A DNA stretch of 64,000 bases, taken from assembly GCF_009914755.1 (NCBI RefSeq), contig NC_060933.1. One strand, written 5' to 3'. Shown here one piece after another: positions 47,940-60,695 of this stretch. Below the pieces are notes generated by a model. The model did not search any database and was not told where the DNA came from. It saw nothing but the letters and a program-made list of their open reading frames with translations. This DNA is from the human T2T-CHM13v2.0 reference genome, Homo sapiens. A program made the translations under genes and the position numbers. Within the stretch, counting starts at the first letter, position 1. Each line of letters opens with the position of its first letter.

Positions 47940-48690
47940 ACATTGCTACCACTGTAGCCGAGCTGTGGTCTCTGATGTCACCACCAACTGCAGCGAGGTA
48001 AGCCACGGAGGCGCAGGCTCTGGCTCCAGCCTCCAGCATGCAGCGGTGTCTCTTCCTTCTCCTCGTCTTCCAGCCCGGCAGGAGAAGCTCCCGCTGCTAG
48101 CCTCCCTCCTACCGCTCCGTCACCAACACCACCAACAGGGAGGCAGTGCCCCAGGCTCCAGGCTCCAGGCTCCAGGCTCCAGGCGGTGAAAACTAATGGA
48201 CCCTTCTAGTTCTCTAACCCAGGTACCTAGCAGCTGGACACACCGACACAGAAGACCCAAAAATGACGCACCACTTCCTCAGCATGCTTTATATACTGAA
48301 GTTACGGATCCTGGACTACATGTTCTGATTGGATGAGAGAAAAACCTCTAGGCCTACTCTGATTGGACTTTATTTTCATGCTGTGATTGGTTATCTTAAG
48401 ACTTGCTCTCATGCAATCAGAACATGAAGTCTAGGAACCAGCATGCGCATAACCTCCGTATATAAATGATGCTGAAGAGCCGTTACGGTTTTTTTTTTTT
48501 TTTTTTTAGGGTTCGGTGTTTTACTGTTGAGCTGCTCAGTGCCCAGCTTAGAGGACCAGGAAAAGGAGTCACCGGCCGTATGCTGGAGGCTTGAGACACG
48601 GCAAAGAGGCACAGCTCGCCTCGCTATGGTTGGTGGTGGCAGTGGAGATTGCGATTGCAGCGCGGCTGGAGGAGTAGGAAGAGGAAAATA
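47940..48690. repeat. Palindromic GC-rich repeat, REP522-like, related to the BAGE 5' exon
   Basis: The arms are diverged reverse complements around ~48340-48405. The right arm (gagctgctcagtgcccagcttagaggaccagga...ggtggtggcagtggagat) resembles my recollection of the BAGE mRNA 5' end. Contains (CCAGGCT)n at 48151-48184. The family name is from memory. Confidence 0.7.
48270..48480. promoter_or_regulatory. Divergent core promoter pair
   Basis: TATATAAA on - (48288-48295) and on + (48459-48466). Between them: three (c/g)TGATTGG inverted CCAAT boxes (~48325, ~48359, ~48383), GCAATCAG (48413-48420) and NRF1-like GCATGCGCA (48441-48449). Activity is not demonstrated. Confidence 0.6.
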
Positions 48691-49915
48691 GTTTTGGGAT
48701 AGATAGAGGGGTGGGTAAAGAGTTTGGTTATTGCCAAAGGGAAAAAAGGATAGCGGGGAGGAGAAGGCATTGCAAAAAGACGATGGGGAAAAGATGGTGG
48801 GGAAAAAAGGTTTTGGGTAGATGGAGGTGGAAAGACAGGTTGTGGAGCGGGAGTGAGGGAAGGTTTTGCAGAAAGACGGTGGATAGGAAGTTTATGGGTG
48901 GATGAAGGGGGAAAAGATGGTGGCAATTGGGGAGAGGAGAGAGTGGTGAGGTGGGGGAAATGGGCGAGCAGTAGGGAGAGAGGGTTTTGTGAAAAGACAG
49001 TGGGGAGAGAAGTTTTTGGGTAGATAGAGGAGCAGAAGAAGATAGCAAGTGGGAGAAGGAAAAAGAGGGTAACTAGCGGGAGGAAGACAAGGTTTTGCGA
49101 AAAAACAGTGGCAGAAAAGAAAGATGGTGGAGAAAAGATGGTAGGTAAAAAGTGTTTGGGTAGATGGAGGAGGGAAAGAGGGTGACAAGGAGGAGAAAGA
49201 GGGTGGCGAGAAGGGAGCAGGGAAAGAAGGTTGGGAAAAAGACAGGAAAATAGTTTGGGATAGATGCAGGGCAAAAAAAAGGGTGGCAAGCAGGATAGGG
49301 GAGAGAAGAGGACGAGTGGGAAGAGGGGGCAGACTTTGTGAAAAGATGGGGAAATTTTGGGGGGTAGATGGGGGGAAGAGGGAGGTGAGCAGGAGTGGGG
49401 AGAAGGCTTCGAGAAAAGATGGTGGGGAAATGTTTTTGGGTAGATGGAGAAGGGAAAGAGTGGCAAGGAGGAGTAGGAGGAAAGACAATGAGGAAAACAG
49501 TTTTTGGGTAGATAAAGGGGGAAAAGAGGGTGGTGAGCAGCAGGAGTGGGGAAAAGGCTTTGGGAAAAGACGGGGGGAAAATGTTTTTGCTTAGATGAAG
49601 GAGGAAAAGGGCATGATGACAGCAGGAGGGGGAAAAAAGAGGGTGGCCAGGGAGAAGGGGGAAAATACGGTGGGAAAAAACGGGAGAAAGTGTTTGGGTA
49701 GATGGTTGGGGAAAAGTGTGGTGAGCGGGAGAATAGAGAAGGCTTTGCGAAATGACGCGGGGTGGGGCGGGGAGAAAACGAAATGATGGTGGGGAGATAA
49801 CGGTGAAAAAGTTTGGGGTAGATGGAGGAAGAGAAAGGGTGGTGAGAGGGAGAGGGTGAAATGCGGTCGGGAAAAGAAGGTGGGGAAATGGTGGGGGATA
49901 GAAGTTTTGGGTGGA
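48690..49915 (+). repeat. Degenerate GA-rich tandem array, about 13 units of roughly 70-140 bp
   Basis: Recurrent anchor GTTTTGGGTAGATGGAGG near 48691, 48810, 48890, 49012, 49154, 49253, 49360, 49432, 49500, 49583, 49693, 49811 and 49903. Extreme purine skew. Confidence 0.85.
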
Positions 49916-49924
49916 TTTTTAAAA

Positions 49925-52900
49925 ATAAGATTATTTGTATTTTCACTTTTGAGTAGTTTGAGTTCTTTAGATATTTTGTGTATTAACCTCTTGCCTGATG
50001 CATAGTTTGCAAAGACTTTCTTCCATTCTCGGGTTCTGTCTTCATTATACTGATTGCTTCCTCTGCTTTGGAAAAGGTTTTAAGTTTAATGTAATTACAT
50101 CTTTGCTTTTGTTGCTTGTGCTTTTGATGTCTATTTGAAAATTCCTTGTCCTAACCAATTTCATGAAGCATTTATCCTATGTTTTCTTCTCTGGTAGTTT
50201 CATAGTTTCAGGTCCTGTATTTAAATCTTTATTTTGAGTAGATTTTTGTATATGGTAAGGTAATGGCCTAGATGTATTCTTGTACATGTGGGTGTTGGGT
50301 TTTCCTAGTACAGTTTATTGAAGAGATTGTCTTTCCCGAAGGTGTGTTCTTGGGGCCTTTGTTAAAAATGAATTGACCGTAAACGCGTGAATTTATTTAT
50401 GATTTCTCTATTCTGTTTCACTTGTCTATGTCTGTCTGTCTCATTCGTTCATCTCTCTTGTCTCTCCCCCGCCCCTTTTATTGATAGTACCATGCTGTTT
50501 TGATAGTACCATCCTTACTATAAATTTGTAGTATATTTTGAAATCAGGTAGTGTGATGCCTCCAGCTTTTCTTTTTATTCTACATTCTTTTGTCTATCTG
50601 AGGTATTTTGAACTTCCATGTGAATTTTAAGATTCTTTTTCTATTTCAGTGAAGAATGTCTTGTAATTGAACATGGATTGCATTGATTCTGTAGATCACA
50701 TTGGGTGATACACATATTTTAACATTCTTCTAGTGCATAGAGATGGGATATCTTTCCATTTACTTGTGTCTGCTTTAGTATCTTTCATCTATGTTTTATG
50801 AAGTTTTCATTTTGGGATCTCTTGCCTTTTTGGTTAAGTTTATTCCTAGATATCATTTTTTTTTTTTGGTAATGAAATAGCTTTCTTGATTTCTTTCTTA
50901 GATATTTCACTATTGGTGCATGGGTGTAGTATTCATTTTTATATTTTGATACTGTATCTTGGAACTTGACTAATTTATTATTTCTAGTAGGTTTTTTGTG
51001 GAATCTTTAGGGTTCTCTCTATATATGTTCATGTCACCTGGAAACAGACAATTTGACTCCTTTTTTCCAATTTGGATGCCTTTTATTGCATTCTCCTAAT
51101 TGCTCTAGCTAGGACTTCCAGTATTATGATGAACAAAAGTGGTGTAAAAGTAGCCACACATGTTCCAGATCTTAGAGGAGAAGAGCTTTTAACTTTTCCT
51201 TATTGATTATGTTAGCTGTGGGTTTGTCATATATGGCCTTTATTGCACTGAGATATGTTCCTTCTGTACTCATGTTGTTGAGTTTTTATCATGAAGGAAT
51301 GTTGACTTTTAATTTTTTCAGCGTCTACTGAAATGATTATATGGTTTTTGTTCTTGATTTGCTGAATGTGATGTTGCATATTTATTTATTTGTGTTTATT
51401 GAATCATCCTCATATTCCTGGGATGAATGAAATCCACTTGATCATGGCAGATGATCTTTTTATTGCGTTGTCAAATGCAATTTTCAAGTATTTTGCTGAG
51501 GATTTCTTACACCTCTGTTCATCAGGGATATTTGCCTGTGGTTTCCTTTTTGTGTTGTGTTCTGGTCTGGTTTTTGTACCAGGGTCATGCTGTCCTCATA
51601 GAACAAGTTTCGAAGCCTTTCTTCGTCTTCATTTTACGGGGAATATTTTGAGTAAAATACATATTAGCTCTTTTAAAAATGTTTGGTAATTCAGCAGGAA
51701 AACCATGATTCTTGTGTTTTTCTTTGCCAGGAGACTTTTTATGACTGCTTTAATTGCATTACTCATTATTGGTCTGTTCAGGTTTTTTATTTTTATTTTT
51801 TATCATTCTATCTTGGGAATTCGTTATGTGTCTAGAAATGTATTCACTTCCAGATTTTTCAATTTGTTTGTGATGTTTTTAGTAATCTCTTAATGCTTCG
51901 TATTTCTGGGTTACCAGTTGTAATGCCTTCTTTATGACTTTGTTTTCTTTTTCTTATCTAACTTCATCTAGTTAAAACTCGTCAATTTTGATTTTTTTTA
52001 AAAACACCCCAGTTTTTGTTTCATTGACTTTTTGTATTTTTTGTTTCTATTTTTAAAATTTCTTCTCTAATCTTTATGGTATTTTTTCTGCGAATTCTAG
52101 CATTTGATTGTTCCTGTTTTTCTCATTACTGGAGGTGTACTGTCAGGCTATTTGAGATCTTCCTACTTTTCTGATGCAGGCATTTATAGCTATACACTTT
52201 TCCTCTTAGAATTGCCTTTGGTGCATCCCACAGGATTTGTTATGTTGTGTTTCTATTCTTACTTGTTTCAATAAATATTTAATTTCCCTTGTGTTTTCTT
52301 CATTTCTTTTATTGGTTGTTCATGGGTGTGTATTTTAATTTCCATGTATTTGTACAGTTTTTAAAGTTCTATCTGTTATTGATTTCTAATACTATTCGAC
52401 TGTGGTCACAAAAGATACTTGATATGAATTCAGTTTTTAAAAATGTGTTGGATGACCGAGGCGGGATCACGAGGTCAGGAGATTGAGACCATCCTGGCTA
52501 ACACGGTGAAACTCCGTCTCTACTAAAAATACAAAAAATTAGCCAGGCGTGGTGGCGGGCTCCTCCGGAGGCTGAAGCAGGAGAAAGGCATTAACCCAGG
52601 AGGCGGAGCTTGCAGTGAGCCGAGATAGTGCCACTGCACTCCAGCCTGGGAGACAGAGAGAGACTCCACCTCAAAAAAAAAAAAAAAGTGTTGTGACTTG
52701 TTTTTTGGCCTAACACAGTCTGCCCTGTAGAATAATCGATGTGCCACTCAGTAGAATGAGCATTGTGCAGTTGCACAGTGAAAAGCTGTGTAAATGTCTG
52801 TTAGGTCCATTCTGTATAGAGTACAGTTTAACTGATGATGTTTTGTTGCCTGGATGATCTGTCCGTTCGCGATAGTGGGGTGTTGATTACGGTGGAGTGT

Positions 52901-53540
52901 TGAGGTAATCTATTATTGTATTGCAGTCCATCTGTCCTTTAAAGCCTGTTAATATTTGCATCTATATTTAGGTGCTTGAGTGTTGGTTGCATATGCACTT
53001 AACGGCTGTTTACTTGTTTCTCATTTATATAATTATCTTTATTTTTTCTTTTTTTGAGTTAAAGGCTATTTTATCTAAGTATAGCTACTCCTGCTTTTTT
53101 TGTTTCCATTTGTATGGGATATCTCTTATCATCCCTTGACTTTGTCTGTGTATGTCTTTATAGGTGAACTGAGTTCCTTGTAGGCAGGACATAATTGGGT
53201 CTTTTAATCCATTCAGTCACTCTGTCTTAATTTAATTTACATTCAAGATTATTATAGATAAAAACATACTACTGCCATTTTTTACTTTTTTGATTGTTTT
53301 GCTACTTTTTCTTTTGTTCTTTCTCCCTTCCTCTTTTCTTTCTGATCTCTTTTTACTTCTTCTCTTTCCTCTTTGCCTTTCTTCCTGTCTTTATTTGTAG
53401 TGAAGTAATTTTTTCTGGTAGTGTTTTAATTCCTTGCTTTTTATGTTTAGAGTGTCTGTTGATTTTTGTTTTCTGGTTACCATGAGGCTAAACAACATAA
53501 TTATAACAAGTACTTTAAATCGAAGAAAACTTAACTTTGA
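49925..53540 (-). mobile_element. Old L1 (L1M/MA-like) ORF2-region fragment, degenerate
   Basis: Antisense L1 motifs such as aatcaggtagtgtgatgcctccagcttt, gctaggacttccagtattatg and gtttaactgatgatg. Confidence 0.88.
52451..52686 (+). mobile_element. AluY-like element with deletions, inserted in L1
   Basis: gagaccatcctggctaacacggtg and gagcttgcagtgagccgagat. Confidence 0.88.
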
Positions 53541-53542
53541 TG

Positions 53543-53696
53543 GGTCTCAGCTACTCAGGAGGCTCAGGTGGGAGGTGGGAGGACTGCTTGAGCCTGGGAG
53601 GCCGAGGTTGCAGTGAGCTGAAATCGCGCCACTGCACTCTCCAGCCTGGGTGACAGAGTGAGACCATGTCTCACAAAATAAATAAATAAATAAAAA
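53543..53696 (+). mobile_element. Alu right-arm fragment at the L1/PARG-block junction
   Basis: Starts mid-element (gtctcagctactcaggaggct) and has a (TAAA)n tail. Confidence 0.85.
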
Positions 53697-55662
53697 TGCA
53701 ATAGCTTTATAGTGAATTCTGATTGTAAATTTGGAGATGATATATTAAGGTATAAAGAGGAAAGTGAAAATCATAATCTCATTACCCGAGTATAACTACT
53801 TCTAATGTTTTGGTACATACTCTTCCTAATTCATAATCCCCTCTCTCTTACACACACACAAATGTACACGTAAAATAGATAGACTTTACACACATATAAT
53901 TTTATTGTAACATTTTCAGAAACACGGTTTTGTAATTTTTTCTTTAAAAATATTGTAAATAAGTTCTGTGAATAACATATAATAACATACATCTTAGTTT
54001 TCAGATTTTGTTTTCTGCTCTTTGGGGTGGCAGGTTCGCTTTTTGCTAAAATGAATCGTCTCAGTATCTTTGATTTTCCTTCTCTCCTCTAAGCTGTTGC
54101 TTTTGGAAGGGGCGCCTGGATCTCCCTCCTGTTTACTTGGGGGCAAACACATAGTGTCATGGGGTTTTGAAAACACGTTGCCTGTGCCAGATAGCAACAC
54201 TGATTGTAGTTCTGAAAATATTAGCGTTTTTGTCCTGTGATTAATACTAAGATGTAAATGAAGTGGTTTAGATCATTGTAGCAAATGACCTAGATATAAC
54301 TCTGTGTGTGTTTTAGATCATTGTAGCCAATGATTTAGATACAACTCTGTGAGTACCTTTTAATTAAGAGCTCAGGATTTCTACACAGTATGTTCATTGT
54401 CTGCTTTATTTGTAGAAGCGTAAAAGCTGATACTTGGGTGATGTAAGAAAATGGATAGGTTTTACTATCACAAGGAAAAGGTATTATCCATACACTTTTG
54501 CCAAGGAGGCATGGGTTACTTAAATTGGCTTCTGGATATTGGAGTTTGGGTATGATAGCCTTACGTTGAATTTTTTGGTTACTGCTTGATAATATTTATT
54601 TCAGTAATTGTGTTTAGTAATTGATTGTGTGTGTTAATGAACAGTCCTGTCCTAAAAGCAAAAATGAAGTGGTTGAAGGGAGCATGAATTGTTAACATCT
54701 CCTTTAAACAAATAGGCTAGGTTAAAATTTTTTTACAGAGCTTTACAGTATTACATGTGAGTTTATTACACTATTACATGTCAATAAAAATGGCAGCAGA
54801 AGCTCTCTTAACTGACTTGCCAGATGGATTAGATCTCTCCATTCACTCAATAAAATGTCCATTTTATTGAGTTTTAATCCATTCAGAATCCATTTAGAAA
54901 TACTATCTTATTTAACCTGTACCCTGTTTCAGCTAGCAACTGGATTATGAGTATGTGTATTAAATATTTTAGAAGACAGATTCTTTTAAATAAAAATTAT
55001 CACACAGGCTGTCTTAAACTTAAGAGATCTGATTTTAGATTTGGTTAAAATACTAGCCTACATTAGTATTCTTTCTAGGAAATAAATATTCACATAAATT
55101 GTTTTTCCAGAAATTGGCCTTGAATACAGATTTCAGATCGTTGAAAACGGAACCATTTGAAATCTGCATTTCCTTTCCTTTTCCTAATTTATTTCAGTCG
55201 CTCAATAGGATTTTCTCATGGAATTAACTTTTCCCTCTCAGCGTAGTTACATAAGCTTGCTGTTGTAATCATGAAAAATAATTACCCATTTCAGCACTTA
55301 CTATCGTGGACTTTACTTGAAGGGTCTCTGGTTTTAAAGTCAGAGCACATGGCTAGAGGCAGATGAAGAGTACCTCATCATTCATAGCCACTGAGTCTCT
55401 ATAATTTTTAAATGCCTTTGGAAAGCTAGATCTCATGCTCAAAAGCATGCTTTTGTGTTACAAATCTTTTAGTGAACTACTTACTCAGGTCATAATGCTT
55501 TTAAAGCCCTGCTTTTCTTTCCTCAGAATAAACTGAATTACATGTTACCAATAACAATGCCACATCATTTCAAAGGAAACTGAATTAAGTAATCCAAGTC
55601 CGGGTTGCTGAAAACTAGATGACACAGGGTAGGCATTGTTTTGGTTACCGTGCAAAGGATCT

Positions 55663-56015
55663 CTATTAGTCAGCTTGGGCTGCCATAATAAAATACCATA
55701 GAACTGGGTGGCTTAATTTTCTCACGGTTCTGGAGGCTAGAAGCTGTAGATCAGGGTGCTGCTGCTTCGGTTCCTGATGAGGGCTTTCTTCCTGGCTTAT
55801 AGGTTGGCTGGCATCTTGTCCTCACATGCCAAAGGGGAGAGTACTGTAGTCTCACCTTGTCTTAAAACGACACCAGTTCTATCAGATGAGAGTCCCACCC
55901 CATGACCTCATTTAACTGTTAGTACCTCCTCACAGGCCCTGTCTCCAAATTTAGCTATATTAGGGATTAAAGATTCAACATATAAATTTTGAGAGGCACA
56001 AACATTCAGTCCATA
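55663..56015 (-). mobile_element. MLT1A-like LTR
   Basis: tattagtcagcttgggctgccataataaaatacc...cacaaacattcagtccata. Confidence 0.8.
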
Positions 56016-56472
56016 AAAGAAACTAGTTGTTTAATTAACAAGGATTGTTGAGCCCTGATATCTTGTTACACCTGCCTGTGTCCTTCCCCCATTCCCCTCC
56101 ACTCTCATTTCCTCAAAAACACTCAGATAAGGATTTTTTTCAGATACTGTTTTTGTTACTTATCCAACTACGTAGTAACATTATGAATTATAAATGTTAT
56201 TAGCCATTGAGAAAGTAGCTGTGCACTGACTGACCCCAATTGACTGGGAGGGCTAGATGGTGCCTTCTCTGTGGTGGAAGATAGGTTGGAGAAATGTGGT
56301 TGGTAGCAAATGCTGTCTGATTTGAACAGCTTTAAAGAAGGCTGGTTCTAGTTGATTTCAGTTCTCTCCAGATGCCATTTGAATCTAAACCAATTTTCTA
56401 GTTCTTATCATTACAGAATTGTCTTCTGGAACAATTATTTCTTTTTGTTACTTGGTAGCAATATGGATGTAG

Positions 56473-56637
<165 letters not shown>

Positions 56638-57800
56638 TAATTTTTCTTGCTGATGGGAACAGTTCAAGTCAAGTGACATGTGAGGAACATTTTGTGTTTA
56701 ACGTAAACCTTCCTGTCCCAACCACATTGAAACAGTAATGATGCGACAAGATAACTTCGGTTTTATGCTTGTGTATAAGCATAAATGTGTGCTATAAATG
56801 TAGGGGGGCGGGGTTTACATACTCTGAAATCGGACACATATTCTCTGAAATCTGTAATATACATCAAAACATTTTCATGAATAAAAACCAGAGAAAGTAT
56901 ATTGACCAGGAAATAAATTTTGGATGCTCTTTATTTAAAGAGGCATTCACTAGTTTATTTGTATAAGTCAACTAACGCATTGCTTTTCTACCCATTCCTC
57001 TCTTTTGTGCCCCCCTAAGCCCTTTGTGGAGTTCTCATAAAACTGTTTTGTACTGAGTTTTATATCCATCTTCCTCTATTAAACCTTAACATTCTTGCTT
57101 CCCCAAAACCTGATAGCAGCTGAGGCAGTAATAGTAAATGTCCAACAAATACTGGTAATGACCAGCTGATAATAGAGTGGTATTGCCACTCTTATCTCAG
57201 AAGCTGAATGACCGTGGTCAAGTTTCTTGACACCTCTAAGCTTCAGTTTTATCACCTATGAAATAATATAATAATGGTTATTACCTTACAGGGTAGTTAT
57301 AGATATTAAACAAGGAGATACATGCTTAATAAATGTAAGCTATTATCAATGGGTAGCCTTTCCTACAAGTGGATGTAAACCAGAACACCTTAAAAGTTTC
57401 TTTGTGCTAAGTAGGTAATGTCAACCTGCTCAAGTGAAATGGCTTTTTTTCAGTTCTGGGTTGTAGGATTGTCTTAAAACATGTCTTTGAATAATTTTAA
57501 GGTCATTTTTCTCATATCCTACTTTTACTCTTGCATTACAGTGTACTTGGCATCTTCCCCCTTGAATGTATTGCTATTGGACATTGTTAAATTTTTAGAA
57601 TGAAATCAATTATCAGGATTTTGATATTTAAGGGAAAATTATATGCTTCTCTGATATGGAATTATTTATCTCATAGCTTATTGAATTTCAGTTTTGTGCC
57701 CTGTACTGAATGAAATATTAAAATGCAGAATCATTTGGACCTATGAGACACAAAATTAAATTAGAATTTGTAATGACTTGTTAAAAAGATGACTACGTAA

Positions 57801-58050
<250 letters not shown>

Positions 58051-60634
58051 ATGACTACTTTTTTTGGCTATTCTAGGTCTAAGTAGAATTATTACTGTTG
58101 GTCTTTTTTGTTTTGTTTTTACAGTACTTTGAGTTGCCGTTTTAAGTAGAATTGTTATAACTAAGTAGTACAGAGTTTACTTTTTTGTCCTGGGAGTCAA
58201 ATCATGTATGTCTTCTCTAAAAACTAACCTGGCTTTCTAAATTTTAGGATTTCAGATACTTTAAGGAAAAAGCTAAAAGTTTGTTTTTTCAACTAGAAAT
58301 GTATATGCCATTATAAGTATTTGGAATTTGAAGAAATAAATTATAACTAGACATTTTATTTTCTGACTTTTTTACTGTACATGTTAATTAAGTTCTTTGT
58401 AGAAATACAGTACAACATTGCTCTTGGTGTGCAGTATGTAAAGCTAATGGTTTAAAGAGGAAATCCTAAAGAGAATAAAAGAGGTTGCAGTGTAATGAGT
58501 CATTGTGTAGAAGTTCTGGAGCCTACTCAATAGACTTGAGAAGCTTATTTAAGGTACCATATTTCATCAAATCTAATCTAAGATGTCATAGATTATTTTT
58601 AAAAAGTGCTATTACATTATATACCTCTAAGAAGGAAAAAACACTCAGGACAGGGAGTTTAGTAGGAGACCTAACCCACAAGGCTGGTACACCTAGGGAT
58701 AAATGAGAAATTAACTTGACCATCCAGAAAAGGGACCATAAAGAAGCGTGCAAGTCTCAACCTTGACACTAAATAGAGAAAGAAAAAAACATTTCTCTGA
58801 GAATTTGAACCACAAGCCCTAAGCTTTGGGTGTGCAGCCTTACCACCAGTGTGGTCCACAAAGGATTAATTCAGATGGTGTTGGGCTGATAGTGTTCCCA
58901 GGTGACAGCAGAAGCAGATGCACATCTTCTCTGGGAAAATTCTCCTCTAGTCTAGACCTATGGTAAGATACCTCCATTATAAAAGATGTATTCCAGTTTC
59001 AGAAATGTAGTATGTGGAAAAACCTGCCTTTTAGAATTGATAGAATAGAATTCCATCAGGACCAACTTTTCAGTGTTGTTAAACGTGTATTTTATATTTG
59101 ATGAGGATCTTGAGACTGAAATATTTTAAAAAGCCTTCCGAATTAAATTACTTTTTATATAGTTTTAGATAAAGTATCTTATAGATCAGATTTTTGAAAA
59201 TTTATGACCTGTATGTAGTATATATTGTGATTTTATTATGGGAAGTATTTGATTAATCAGAGTATCCTATTCTGAGATGAAAGTTGCCTTGTTATGAAAA
59301 AGAAAGTTAACAGACGTGCTCTCAAGGCATTTTTTCTTAATCTAAGAAACCATGTTCTTCTGCTTTTTCTTGCTTTGCCAGCAGTGTTTATGAATTTCTC
59401 TTAGCATCTCTTAGTATATATAAAGGACATTTGATGTTCTTACTTCTCTGCTAATACCGAATGACAAGAGAGATGTTTTCTATTATATTCATGGAATTGT
59501 GTTTCTAGTGTTAGAGTTGTTTGACCACTTACTTGTGAGTTTTAAATATGTTATCCGTTTATGTTAAAGTTAGATATCTAAAGAATGTAAGACCCATGTT
59601 AACAAAAAATTTTGTTTTCTTCTGCAACTGCTCCATATGGTTTTTGAGTGGTTCCTGCTTTTGACTGAGAACAAGGAAATGTGGAATTGTGCACAGGAAT
59701 GAAATGATGGCCAGGCTTTCACTGGGTTATACACTGTCATCAGTAATAGTTCCTGACATCTCTCTCTTTCCTTAAGAGCTTTTTTCTATTCAAGAAAACA
59801 GAAATGGCATGGCCTTTTTAGTTTGCTCTTTGATTTGAATCAGACAAATTACTTCTGGCCAGTTGATATATTTGTTTCTTTTGCTACTAGCTTTAAAAAA
59901 TAAATAAATCTGACTAGAAAAGGATCTCATCCTCTTAAAATTATTGACTACATTAATACTACTCTATTTTGATCCTCCCAAATTTATTGCTTCTTGAAAA
60001 ATATGTCATCTTTATTCTGTAAACTCTTAGAACCAGTAATTTCTTCTCTGGCTAAGACTGCTACTAACAAGTAGAGTGATTGCCCACTATCTAAGCCTGA
60101 AACTTAGCTTTACTAACTTCAGAGGATGTGCAAATGATTTTCTTTTTAAAGCTGTGGCATTTCACTTTACTATAAAGTACATAGATGTGTCTTTATTCAC
60201 CAGTCTTTGAATGTAGGGTTAAGTCCTTTCTTTGTAAAGGAGTCTACAAATTTGAATTCAGTTTTGTCTTTACTGCATAAGCTGTACCAGTTATACATCC
60301 TTTTTTCCAATGGTTTTTTTTTTAAAGTGTATTCAGCTTCAAAACTTTACCAAAAAGTACCAGCACTCAAATCCTACTGTTGTGCTGTTATTTGTATAGT
60401 TTCGTTTAGTGAAGTCTTACTGTTTTATAGGAGTTTCTACTGTAAGGATAATATTTTCAATCAATATTCTGTTATTTTCCAATGCTAGGCTTTGTATTTC
60501 CTGGTTGGTTTTATATTCAATGTTAGACCTATTCTTTTATCGAGTGTGTGTGCGCGCGCATGCACGTGTGTGTGTGTAATGTTTTCAAAATTGAAACTTA
60601 TTTTGGGTATGTTTTTCTTTTATTGCTTCTGTAG

Positions 60635-60695
60635 AACCTACTGGGTTGGTGACATTTACAAGACAGAGTCTTGAGGATTTTCCAGAACGGGAAAG
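60635..60695 (+). pseudogene. PARG: PARG-derived 61-nt exon, phase-compatible with the preceding one
   Basis: ctgtag|AACCT...GAAAG|gtaaca translates (K)[19 protein letters not shown]. Recalled PARG sequence is [20 protein letters not shown]. Confidence 0.9.

Noticed and set aside
48690-49915. CRISPR-like repeat-spacer array
   Set aside because: The anchors are degenerate, the spacers are mutually similar and variable in length, the context is eukaryotic, and there are no cas genes.
48624-49946. 440-aa and 198-aa Pro/Ser/Phe-rich minus-strand ORFs
   Set aside because: Artefact of the pyrimidine-rich strand of the GA array, which seldom forms stop codons. Low complexity, no domain.
53994-54200. 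Charged 68-aa ORF as a processed pseudogene
   Set aside because: No recognisable homologue, poly(A) or TSD.
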